In this document: piece after piece, positions 22,609-30,333 of the stretch
Numbering within the stretch: the first letter of the stretch is position 1
Layout of the letters: each line of letters begins with the position of its first letter
Assembly (NCBI RefSeq): GCF_000016745.1
Contig: NC_009483.1
Location: 1-32,000 of the forward strand
Direction: 5' to 3'
Length of the DNA: 32,000 bases
From: Geotalea uraniireducens Rf4
GTDB lineage: Bacteria; Desulfobacterota; Desulfuromonadia; Geobacterales; Geobacteraceae
Notes under the pieces: model-generated
What the model was told of the DNA's origin: nothing
What the model saw: only the letters and a program-made list of their open reading frames with translations
The model's database searches: none
Program-made: the position numbers and the translations under genes

Positions 22609-23628
22609 ATGAATACACGTTTTCTCGACGCCTGCTGGGGCAAGCCCGTTGACCGGACACCCGTGTGGCTGATGCGCCAGGCCGGCCGTTACCTGCCAGA
22701 TTACATGCGGGTCCGCAGCAAATGCACCTTTCTGGAGCTGTGCAAGACCCCGGAGCTGGCCGCTGAAGTGTCCATCCAGCCGGTGGATATCCTGGGCGTT
22801 GACGCTGCCATTCTCTTTTCCGACATCCTCACCCCGGTCGAGCCGATGGGCATGGCCCTCGACTTCGTCCCCGGTCCGGTCTTCGAGCACCCGATCCGCA
22901 CCATGGCCGATGTGGAAAAACTTCGCATTCCGCAGATGGAGCAGGACGTTCCATATGTGCTGGAAACCATCAAGATTCTCCGTCGTGAGCTGGCCAACAA
23001 GGTGCCGCTCATCGGCTTTGGTGGCGCTCCCTTTACCCTCGCCTGCTACATGGTGGAGGGGAAGGGCTCCAAGGATTGGGCGACCATGAAGCGGATGATG
23101 TACGCAGCCCCCGAGGTGTACGCGGCCCTCATGGAGAAGGTGACCATGATGGACATGGAGTACCTGAACGCCCAGATCAAGGCCGGTGCCCAGGCGATCC
23201 AGATCTTCGACACCTGGGGCGGTGTTCTCGCCCCCAGCGACTACGAGAAATACGTCCTCCCCTATACCACCAAGCTGATCAACGGCCTCAACCGGCAGAA
23301 CGTTCCCGTCATTCACTTCGTCAAGGGTGCCGGCACCATGCTCGACAGCGTGAAAAGGGCTGGCGGAGACGTGATGGGACTCGACTGGCACATCAACCTG
23401 GGAAAAGCGAGGGAAGTGCTCGGCGACATGGCCGTCCAGGGGAACCTGGATCCGACCGTGCTCTTCGCACCGAAGGATGTGATCGAGCAGGAGGTAAAAA
23501 GGGTGCTCGACGAGAACGCCGGGAAACCGGGACACATCTTCAACCTCGGGCACGGCATCCTTCCCACGGTGCCGCCGGAGAATGCGATCCACATGGTCGA
23601 ATGCGTGCACCGGTTGTCGCAGAAGTAA
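22609..23628 (+). CDS. hemE: Uroporphyrinogen decarboxylase
   Basis: 339 aa, with AGGAGG Shine-Dalgarno. URO-D signature PVWLMRQAGRYLPDY, plus FDTWGG and IFNLGHGI motifs. Confidence 0.96.
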   Translation: MNTRFLDACWGKPVDRTPVWLMRQAGRYLPDYMRVRSKCTFLELCKTPELAAEVSIQPVDILGVDAAILFSDILTPVEPMGMALDFVPGPVFEHPIRTMADVEKLRIPQMEQDVPYVLETIKILRRELANKVPLIGFGGAPFTLACYMVEGKGSKDWATMKRMMYAAPEVYAALMEKVTMMDMEYLNAQIKAGAQAIQIFDTWGGVLAPSDYEKYVLPYTTKLINGLNRQNVPVIHFVKGAGTMLDSVKRAGGDVMGLDWHINLGKAREVLGDMAVQGNLDPTVLFAPKDVIEQEVKRVLDENAGKPGHIFNLGHGILPTVPPENAIHMVECVHRLSQK

Positions 23629-23646
23629 ATTTAGCCGACAAAAAAA

Positions 23647-23672
23647 GGCGGTCGAGAGACCGCCTTTTTTTT
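23647..23672 (+). terminator. Rho-independent terminator of hemE
   Basis: GGCGGTC-GAGA-GACCGCC is a perfect 7-bp stem followed by T8, with an A7 run upstream. A second perfect hairpin CCTGTCCG-ATC-CGGACAGG lies at 23681-23699 and has no T tract. Confidence 0.85.
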
Positions 23673-23780
23673 CAACTCAACCTGTCCGATCCGGACAGGA
23701 GACCTTTCATCAGCCGAAACATTCGAATTCTCAGGCTCCCCTCTGTATTTATGCCGAATCTTCGGTAAGATTTGGGGAGT

Positions 23781-24599
23781 ATGGGAACCAATCTCCTCAG
23801 AGTCATATCTACAGTTGTCGTGGTGTATGGGTGCTATGCGGCGTTCTGCTATTTTGCCCAGCGTCTCATCATCTATCCCGGCAGGGGTATCCGCGTGCCG
23901 GCCGCCCCTCCCGCTCCGTCAACCGGTATCGCCTCCATCTGGCTTGAGACCGGCTTCGGCAGGACGGAAGCATGGTTCCTTCCGGCCAGGGGGGCATCCG
24001 CAAGGCGCAGACCGGTGGTGCTCTTCTTTCACGGTAACGGAGAGGTCATCGATTTTCTGCCGGAGCAGGTGGAAGGGTTCCGCGATATGGGGATGGGGGT
24101 CCTACTCATAGAATACCCCGGCTACGGCCGCTCGGCGGGAGATCCTTCCGAGGCGAGCATCACTGCAACAGCGGCGGCGGCATACGATGCGATGGCAAAG
24201 CGCGATGACGTGAACCCAGCGCGGATGGTCGCCTTCGGCAGGTCCGTCGGGTGCGGGCCCGCCTGTGCCCTTTCCCGGCAACGCCCCCTTGCCGCTCTCA
24301 TCCTCCAGTCACCTTTCACCTCGATCCGCCCCTTTGCCCGCCGCTTTCTCCTCCCCGGGTTTCTCCTGCGGGATCTGTACGACAACCGGTCGGCGCTTGA
24401 GGCCTTTCCCGGGCCGGTCCTCATCATGCACGGCCGTTACGACGACATTATTCCGTTCACCCATGGGAAGGAATTGGCGCGGGTTGCCCGCAACGCCCGA
24501 TTCGTTCCGCTTGACTGCGCCCATAACGACTGTCCTCCCGATTGGCGGGAGTTCTGGCGCGTCGTCGCCGCATTTCTCCGGTTGCACGGCGTGGTTTAG
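23781..24599 (+). CDS. Membrane-anchored alpha/beta-fold serine hydrolase
   Basis: N-terminal hydrophobic helix (VISTVVVVYGCYAAFCYFA), oxyanion-hole FFHGNG, nucleophile elbow GRSVG, Asp in YDDIIP and His in CAHND. The start is ATG 23781 or TTG 23772. Confidence 0.8.
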   Translation: MGTNLLRVISTVVVVYGCYAAFCYFAQRLIIYPGRGIRVPAAPPAPSTGIASIWLETGFGRTEAWFLPARGASARRRPVVLFFHGNGEVIDFLPEQVEGFRDMGMGVLLIEYPGYGRSAGDPSEASITATAAAAYDAMAKRDDVNPARMVAFGRSVGCGPACALSRQRPLAALILQSPFTSIRPFARRFLLPGFLLRDLYDNRSALEAFPGPVLIMHGRYDDIIPFTHGKELARVARNARFVPLDCAHNDCPPDWREFWRVVAAFLRLHGVV

Positions 24600-24611
24600 A
24601 AGCTTATCCCC

Positions 24612-26720
24612 TCACCCTATCCGTTCCCAGACGGTCATCTCGGCGACGGTGTGCTGGTGCTTGCGCCGGGTCTCGCGGATGACGAAGGGGATGTCGCGGG
24701 GCTCTCCCACCATGCGGAAACAGGGTGCCAGCGCCGCCTTCAGCCCGTCCAGCGTGGTGACGTTCTCTCCTGCCTCCTTGTAGCCGCCCAGCCATTCCTC
24801 ACGCTTCGTGAACTCCTCCAGCCAGGTGTATGGGGAGGTGATGACCAGGAGTCCGCCGGGGTTCATCCGCTCGTGGATGGTAGTGAGGAAGCGGCGCGGC
24901 GAATAGAGGCGGTCGATCAGGTTTGCCGCCAGCACCAGGTCGTAGCCGGTGAACTTTTCCGGCAGGTTGCAGGCGTCGGCCTGATAGAACTCCACCCGCG
25001 AGCGGAACTCGTCGAGCCCCAGCTCGGCCAGACTCACCTCGTGGAACGACTGGATCTCCCCCTCTTCGGGAAAGGCGTAGCGGAGATACCCCTCTTCCTG
25101 CATCCGGGCCGCCAGGCGGAAAAAGCGGGTGGAGAAGTCGAGGCCGGTCACCCGGTCGAAGCCGCGGGCGAGCTCGAAGGCTGCACGGCCGACGGCGCAC
25201 CCCAGATCAAGGGCGCGTCCGCGGTTGCGATTAGCCGTCAGCTCCAGGCAGATGCGGGCGCAGGTAACGGGGAAGTTGGGGACGCCGAAGTGCTCCGGAC
25301 CGTAATGGGCGTCGCAGTACTGGGCCGTCAGGGCGTCGGTCTCGTACTGGTCCTGGTGGACCTCCACCTTTGCCGAGCTCTCCACGTAGCGGAAACCGGC
25401 GTGCTGGAAGAAGTGGCGGCGGAAGGCGTAGCGCGAGTCGCGGGTCGCCTCGTTGCCGGTGGAAATCCAGGAGCCCCCCTTGATCAGGTTGTGGCGGGTG
25501 TCGAAGGTGGGAGTGGAGAAGTCGTCGTACCAGGGGTGGATCTGGAAACCGTGGAACGGGTAGATCGGGGTCTCGGTCCACTGCCAGACGTTGCCGAGGA
25601 TGTCGTAGAAGTTGCCGAAGGGGAAACGGTCCACGGCGCAGGAGGAGGCCCATTGCTCCAGGTTGATGTTTCCCGGAGCATGGTCCCACCAGGGCTGGTC
25701 GGGGATCTCGGCCAGGTCCCGCAGCCGGTTCCACTCGTCCTCGGTAGGGAGGCGGATCGGCCGGCCGGTGCGGGCACTCTGCCAGTTGCAGAACGCCTTG
25801 GCCTCCAGGTAGTTGACCTCCACCGGCCAGTTCCACGGCATATCGATCTCCTCCACCATGGTGCGCAGTCGCCACCCGTTGTCGATATTGATCCAGAAGA
25901 GGGGGTGCTCCGCTTCGCGAAAGGTGCGCCAGTTCCACCCCTCCTCGGTCCACCACTGCCGCTCCCGGTACCCACCCCCTTCGACGAAGGCGAGGAACTC
26001 CCGGTTGGAGACCAGGTACTTCGCCGCGCGGAAGCCGGCAACCTCGGCCTCGTGGCGGCCGTATTCGTTGTCCCAGCCGTAGAGGGGATGATCCTTGGCC
26101 TTGCCCAGAACCACCCTCCCCCCGGCCACCGGCAGAAGCGCGTTCTCCGGCGCCTCCCCGGATTCCCGGCAGATATCCCAGAGAGGATGCCGCACCACCT
26201 GGTCGATGGGGAGCTGGCGGATCAGCACAGAGGAGGTTTCCAGGTGAATCCGCTCGTGCTCGATCCCCATCATGATCGCCCAGAACGGGTCTTCCCAGGT
26301 GATGGGAAGCTTGAGCGGCAGATTGCGGATGAGTCCGTCCACCAGCTCGCGGGTCTTGTCCCGGTACTCCCTCACCTCTTGCCGGGTCGGCCATTCGTAG
26401 TGGGTCGCATCCAGGTCGTCCCACGACATCTCGTCCACCCCCACGGCGAACATCGACTCGAAACGTGGGTTGATCCGTTGTTCGATGACCCGGGCGATCA
26501 CCAGCTTGTTGATGAAGAAGGTGGCGGTGTGGCCGAAGTAGAAGATGAGCGGATGGCGGAGCCGATCGGCCCTGAGATAAAAGGTAGCGTCTTCCTTGAG
26601 GGTTTCGTAGAGCTTTTCATCGATATCGAAGGTCTGATGGAAGTAGCGACGGATCTCCTCCCGTTTCGCTTCCGGCTCCCCTTCGTTGAGGATTATGGTA
26701 CGGGTTTTCCGAAGTTCCAT
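24612..26720 (-). CDS. ovoA: 5-histidylcysteine sulfoxide synthase / 4-mercaptohistidine N1-methyltransferase (ovothiol biosynthesis, OvoA)
   Basis: 702 aa from ATG 26720 (MELRKTRTII), with AAGGAGAA upstream. DinB-like iron site (FYFGHTATFF; GIEHERIHLETS). FGE-sulfatase-type domain (YGWDNEYG, GNVWQWTET, KGGSWISTG). C-terminal SAM methyltransferase motif I ALDLGCAVGRAAFELA. This three-domain order is diagnostic of OvoA. The track ORF start at 26828 would overlap the upstream gene. Confidence 0.88.
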   Translation of the reverse strand: MELRKTRTIILNEGEPEAKREEIRRYFHQTFDIDEKLYETLKEDATFYLRADRLRHPLIFYFGHTATFFINKLVIARVIEQRINPRFESMFAVGVDEMSWDDLDATHYEWPTRQEVREYRDKTRELVDGLIRNLPLKLPITWEDPFWAIMMGIEHERIHLETSSVLIRQLPIDQVVRHPLWDICRESGEAPENALLPVAGGRVVLGKAKDHPLYGWDNEYGRHEAEVAGFRAAKYLVSNREFLAFVEGGGYRERQWWTEEGWNWRTFREAEHPLFWINIDNGWRLRTMVEEIDMPWNWPVEVNYLEAKAFCNWQSARTGRPIRLPTEDEWNRLRDLAEIPDQPWWDHAPGNINLEQWASSCAVDRFPFGNFYDILGNVWQWTETPIYPFHGFQIHPWYDDFSTPTFDTRHNLIKGGSWISTGNEATRDSRYAFRRHFFQHAGFRYVESSAKVEVHQDQYETDALTAQYCDAHYGPEHFGVPNFPVTCARICLELTANRNRGRALDLGCAVGRAAFELARGFDRVTGLDFSTRFFRLAARMQEEGYLRYAFPEEGEIQSFHEVSLAELGLDEFRSRVEFYQADACNLPEKFTGYDLVLAANLIDRLYSPRRFLTTIHERMNPGGLLVITSPYTWLEEFTKREEWLGGYKEAGENVTTLDGLKAALAPCFRMVGEPRDIPFVIRETRRKHQHTVAEMTVWERIG

Positions 26721-26739
26721 GGGGATTTTCTCCTTGCGC

Positions 26740-27750
26740 TCATTGGATGGCGATGACCACCTTGCCGAAGTGGGCGGCGCTTTGCAGGTAGCGATAGGCT
26801 GCCTTTGCCTCACTGAAGGGAAAGACATGGTCGATGACCGGCCGGATGCCGTGCATTTCGATGGCGCGGATCATCGTCTCGCACATCTCCCGGGAACCGA
26901 CATAGATCCCCTGGATGCGGGCACTCTTCATCACAGCGGGCAAGGGGTTGACCTCGCCCGTTGATCCGCTGAGGACGCCGATGAGGCTGATGTGCCCACC
27001 CGTCCGTACCGCCTTGAGTGATTTGCCCAGGGTGCCGGCGCCGCCGACTTCCACCACCAGGTCAACGCCTCGTCTGCCGGTCAACTTCCACACCGCCGTT
27101 TCCCAGTTCGGCTCGGTTTTATAGTTGATAACCTCCCCTGCCCCCAGCAGCCGCAGTTTTTCCGCCTTGGCCTCGCTGCCGGTGGTGGCGATGACCCGCG
27201 CGCCGGCAGTGCGGGCGAACTGGAGGGCGAAGAGTGAAACCCCGCCCGTTCCCAGGGTAAGCACAGCCTGGCCGCAGGCAAGATTGCCGCTCTGCAAGGC
27301 ATGCCAGGCCGTCAGCGCGGCGCAGGGAAGGGTTGCCCCCTCCTCGAAGGAGAGATGAGCCGGAAGCGCCACCAAGCCGCGTTCGCGAAAAAGCACGTAT
27401 TCTGCGAGGACACCGTCAATGGCCCCTCCGAGGGCCGATTTCGGCACCTCGTCGGTGATCTCACCGCCATCCCAATCCTGGAAGAAAGTTCCAGCCACCC
27501 GGTCCCCCTGCTGCCAGCGGGTCACCCCCTCGCCTATTTCCACCACTTCTCCTGCGCCGTCGGAAAGGGGAATGAGAGGCAGCGGCAGGTTGCGCGAGTA
27601 GCTACCGCCGATCGCGAGCAGATCGCGATAGTTGAGGGATGCCGCCCTCATCCGCACCAGCACCTGGCCGTGGCCCGGCCGTGGCACCTCTTTCTCCATC
27701 AGTTGCAATGCGTCGATGTCGTACTCTTTCTCAATGCAGAAATAGCGCAT
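26740..27750 (-). CDS. MDR-superfamily NAD(P)H-dependent oxidoreductase (quinone oxidoreductase/zinc-type ADH-like)
   Basis: 336 aa from ATG 27750 (MRYFCIEKEY), with GGAGG upstream. GroES-like N-domain (PLIPLSDGAGEVVEIGEGV) and Rossmann motif LTLGTGGVSLFALQFA. It stops 19 nt before the ovoA start, so the two are probably an operon. Confidence 0.88.
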   Translation of the reverse strand: MRYFCIEKEYDIDALQLMEKEVPRPGHGQVLVRMRAASLNYRDLLAIGGSYSRNLPLPLIPLSDGAGEVVEIGEGVTRWQQGDRVAGTFFQDWDGGEITDEVPKSALGGAIDGVLAEYVLFRERGLVALPAHLSFEEGATLPCAALTAWHALQSGNLACGQAVLTLGTGGVSLFALQFARTAGARVIATTGSEAKAEKLRLLGAGEVINYKTEPNWETAVWKLTGRRGVDLVVEVGGAGTLGKSLKAVRTGGHISLIGVLSGSTGEVNPLPAVMKSARIQGIYVGSREMCETMIRAIEMHGIRPVIDHVFPFSEAKAAYRYLQSAAHFGKVVIAIQ

Positions 27751-27962
27751 CACGAGCCTCCAGAACCGATAAATGGATAAAGCGCCAGGCCGGAACACCC
27801 AGCGTTTGGCGCCATATAAAAAGTCTAACGGTCATGGGGCAAATTGCAAGGTCCGGGATGGTCGGTTTTGTGCGGATCGGTTACGAGGCGGGGGCGAGAT
27901 ATGGAGGCGGTTTAAGACCGAGTCAGCTTGCAATTGGCTACCGGCGTGTTACTACTTCAAGC

Positions 27963-28475
27963 ATGACCAGTGCCAGGGTACGGAAGGGAAGAAAAAGAAT
28001 ACATGCAGGCGGCAGGGTCCGTCACCGGCATCTTGCAGCGGGGACTCGGGCTGTGGCCATGATCGAAGCGGCCAAGGGGGGGCTTGTCGTCGTGGTCGGG
28101 CTCGGGTTATTTGCGCTGATTCACCGCAATGTGCAGGCGGTGGCGGAGGAGATAGTCCGTCATGTCCATCTTAATCCAGCCAGCCGTTTCCCGCGCATAT
28201 TCCTTGATGCCGCGGCATCGGCCAGCGATTCACGCCTCTGGGCGCTGGCTGTGGCGGCAATGGTATATGCCATGATCCGCTTTGTCGAAGCCTACGGCTT
28301 GTGGCAAGAGCAGGTCTGGGCCGAGTGGTTCGGTATCCTGTCCGGCAGTCTCTACCTTCCCCTTGAGGTTTACGAACTGACCGTTTCCGTATCAGCGGTC
28401 AAGGTAATCCTGCTGGTCGTCAACCTTGTCATAGTCGGCTGGCTTGCGTTTGTTCGCTGGCAGGCCAGCGACTAG
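27963..28475 (+). CDS. DUF2127-family small membrane protein
   Basis: 170 aa from ATG 27963. The AMIEAAKGGLVVVVGLGLFALIH...HVHLNP pattern and four hydrophobic helices match my recollection of DUF2127. The upstream in-frame extension to 27639 overlaps the divergent gene and is rejected. Confidence 0.72.
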   Translation: MTSARVRKGRKRIHAGGRVRHRHLAAGTRAVAMIEAAKGGLVVVVGLGLFALIHRNVQAVAEEIVRHVHLNPASRFPRIFLDAAASASDSRLWALAVAAMVYAMIRFVEAYGLWQEQVWAEWFGILSGSLYLPLEVYELTVSVSAVKVILLVVNLVIVGWLAFVRWQASD

Positions 28476-29837
28476 ACTATCCCCATGTGCCGGTTTGCTA
28501 TCCTGACCGGCTGCTTCCTTCTTCTGGCGCCAGCCGAAGTTGATGGTCCTGATCCCCGGAATTGCCTTCTGCAGCCGTGCCAGCCCTTCATTGGTAATGT
28601 TGTTGCCGCTGCAGGTGAGCCCTTTCAATCCCTTCAATTCGCAGAGATAGAGGAGTCCGGCATCGGTGATGTCGGTGTGGTAAAGATAAATCCGCTGGAG
28701 GTTTTTCAGCCTGGCGAGCTTTTTCAGGTCATCGTCGTTCACGGTGGAATCGGAGAGATAGAGTTCCTCCAGCCCGGTCAGGTGGCCGATGTTGTCCAGG
28801 AAGGAGTTGTCCACTTCATAGAGAAATAGAGACTGCAGATCATCCGGTTGCAGTTGTTGCAGGTAGCTCAGCCTGGCGGCGGGGTGATCCTTGACATCGA
28901 GGCGCACGGCCTTGTCGGCGGGGATTTCCCGGCATCCTTTGGCTGCACAGAACTTCTGCCAGTCGCTGTAGTTGGCTGAGTTCCGGTTGCGTACATAGAG
29001 GACGCCGCAGGAAGTGTCGGTAGGAAAACAGATGCGTCGGGTTTGCTGCAGCGGAGAGGACTGCACTGGCGGCGCCCCGTCTCCAGCCAGGTCGGCCAGA
29101 CGATTGCGCGCCTTGACTATGTTGAGGTCGACCGTTGCAGCCATCTCCGCGAGGAGATCGATATCGTTGGCGAGCGCATCGTCAACCTTCAGCTTGAACC
29201 GGCAGACATCCGAGTCCTTGAGTTCCCTGATGCGGGTATGCACGGCGAGGATTTCCTGCCGTTCCCTGGCGATCAGCCTGATAACCCGGACCAGCTCCGC
29301 ACCGGTATCCCCACCCTGGATCTTCTCGGGCCCCTGCTCCCATTCCCGGAGGATCTCCAGCAACGCCCGTCGATCATCTTCCGCATAGGCGCGGTTGGCA
29401 AAAGCCATCAACTCATGGCGCCGAACCCGGTCTTCGTTGTCCATGGCCAGGTCCGGGTGAATGGCCTTGGCTACCTCGCGGTAGAGGGCCTTGATGCTTT
29501 TTTTTGCCATATTTGCTGCCGCCGGTTCTTCTTCCTCCAGCAGATCGTCGGCATGCAGGTGGCCGCGCCACTCCTCTGTTGACGGCTCGCTTTTCCGCTC
29601 CGCCGGGTTTTTGCCGCCGTCGTCCAGATCGCGGAGCTGCTTTTCCAGCTTCTCCAGTTCTGCAATGCGTTGCCCCAGCACCTGGTCGTAGACCTTTTCG
29701 AAGAGGCGAATTTCCTGCTTCAGTTTGTCCAGGATATGTTGATTTGCCGCATGCTCGGACCGAAGGCGGGCAAGTTCGGCATGCTTCTGCTCGAGTTCTA
29801 TCTCTTCCGGAAATTTCAATCGGTGACGGGTGTCCAT
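28392..29837 (-). CDS. J-domain (DnaJ-like) protein with N-terminal coiled coil and C-terminal leucine-rich repeats
   Basis: 481 aa, with GGCAGGAGAA Shine-Dalgarno. The J-domain helix II/III carries an HPD tripeptide (KALYREVAKAIHPDLAMDNEDRVRRHELMAFANRAY; HPD encoded at 29451-29459). RNI-type LRRs are encoded at about 28542-28850 (LTGLEELYLSDSTVNDDDLKKLARLKNLQRIYLYHTDITDAGLLYLCELKGLKGLTCSGNNITNEGLARL). No signal peptide is apparent. Confidence 0.8.
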   Translation of the reverse strand: MDTRHRLKFPEEIELEQKHAELARLRSEHAANQHILDKLKQEIRLFEKVYDQVLGQRIAELEKLEKQLRDLDDGGKNPAERKSEPSTEEWRGHLHADDLLEEEEPAAANMAKKSIKALYREVAKAIHPDLAMDNEDRVRRHELMAFANRAYAEDDRRALLEILREWEQGPEKIQGGDTGAELVRVIRLIARERQEILAVHTRIRELKDSDVCRFKLKVDDALANDIDLLAEMAATVDLNIVKARNRLADLAGDGAPPVQSSPLQQTRRICFPTDTSCGVLYVRNRNSANYSDWQKFCAAKGCREIPADKAVRLDVKDHPAARLSYLQQLQPDDLQSLFLYEVDNSFLDNIGHLTGLEELYLSDSTVNDDDLKKLARLKNLQRIYLYHTDITDAGLLYLCELKGLKGLTCSGNNITNEGLARLQKAIPGIRTINFGWRQKKEAAGQDSKPAHGDSLVAGLPANKRKPADYDKVDDQQDYLDR

Positions 29838-29946
29838 ATTCTCCTGCCCACTTTTATCGGCGCTGGTGTCTCCAGCATGTCACGAATCTTCACATACTAA
29901 CACGATAGAGGGCCTAATGAATCGTAAAAATAGCACAAGTATAGGG

Positions 29947-29975
29947 TTGAACATTAAAAAGACTAACATTATAAT
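29947..29975 (+). promoter_or_regulatory. Near-consensus sigma70 promoter for the small Cys-rich gene
   Basis: TTGAAC (29947-29952), an exact 17-nt spacer, then TATAAT (29970-29975), inside the only AT-rich spacer of the GC-rich part of the window. Confidence 0.6.
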
Positions 29976-30044
29976 ACACAAAAGAATATGCGGGAATCGT
30001 GTGTAAAAAACTGGAAATATGTCGCGCAAATAAGGGGGGAATGG

Positions 30045-30263
30045 ATGAGGGATTGTGAAATGCTGGAGAAGTGCATATTTTTTAACGACAAAATGGCGAA
30101 CATGCCTTCAACCGCAGAGGTGATCAAGCTCAGGTACTGCAAGGACGACAGCGAGGAGTGCGCAAGATTTATGGTCTGCAAAGCCTTGGGCAGGGAAAAG
30201 GTTCCCGAGGAGTTATTCCCTAATCAGGTTGACAGGGCAAAAAAGATAATAGCGGGAAAATAG
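30045..30263 (+). CDS. Small cysteine-rich protein of unknown function (72 aa)
   Basis: ATG 30045 is preceded by AAGGGGGGA. The product is MRDCEMLEKCIFFNDKMANMPSTAEVIKLRYCKDDSEECARFMVCKALGREKVPEELFPNQ..., with 5 Cys (positions 4, 10, 32, 39, 45). A terminator follows. The track ORF start at 29988 would be almost leaderless relative to the predicted promoter. Confidence 0.62.
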   Translation: MRDCEMLEKCIFFNDKMANMPSTAEVIKLRYCKDDSEECARFMVCKALGREKVPEELFPNQVDRAKKIIAGK

Positions 30264-30272
30264 ATTCGGACC

Positions 30273-30306
30273 AAAAAAGGCCAGCCTATCGATGGCTGAC
30301 CTTTTT
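30273..30306. terminator. Bidirectional rho-independent terminator between the small Cys-rich gene and hslO
   Basis: A6 run, AGGCCAGCC (30278-30286), loop TATCGAT, GGCTGACCT (30294-30302) with one mismatch, then T5. The A/T runs on both sides serve the convergent genes. Confidence 0.7.
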
Positions 30307-30333
30307 CATTTCGCGTGATGGCAACAGGACGAC

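Noticed and set aside
22597-23610. A 337-aa minus-strand ORF antisense to hemE. A 230-aa + ORF at 23076..23768 in another frame falls in the same category.
   Set aside because: hemE on the + strand has diagnostic URO-D motifs, a Shine-Dalgarno and a terminator. The antisense and off-frame products are H/G/V/D- or R-rich nonsense.
25231-26424. A 397-aa minus-strand ORF in an alternative frame inside ovoA.
   Set aside because: The translation is rich in Arg, Pro and Gly, which is typical of an off-frame reading of GC-rich coding DNA. It has no start context and lies entirely within a well-supported gene.
24651-26756. A 701-aa open reading frame on the + strand spanning the whole ovoA locus.
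   Set aside because: This is a shadow ORF of a high-GC gene. The translation is low-complexity (G/V/P/R/L/A-rich) and carries no motif, while the minus strand encodes an unmistakable three-domain OvoA.
27639-27962. An upstream in-frame extension of the DUF2127 ORF, giving 278 aa.
   Set aside because: It would overlap the divergent oxidoreductase gene and its promoter region. The family as I remember it is about 150-170 aa and begins just before the conserved AxxEAAKG helix, which fits ATG 27963.
27800-27962. A riboswitch (GEMM/c-di-GMP-like, prompted by GGGGCAAA) or a sigma54 promoter (GG...TTGCA at about 27836-27850) upstream of the DUF2127 gene.
   Set aside because: Only a fragment of the GEMM consensus is present and there is no ACGCAAAGC-type partner segment. 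The GG-to-GC spacing is 2-3 nt too short for a -24/-12 promoter. The other TGGCA-containing sites I checked (3666, 10207, 11674, 22013) also fail on spacing or lack TTGC.
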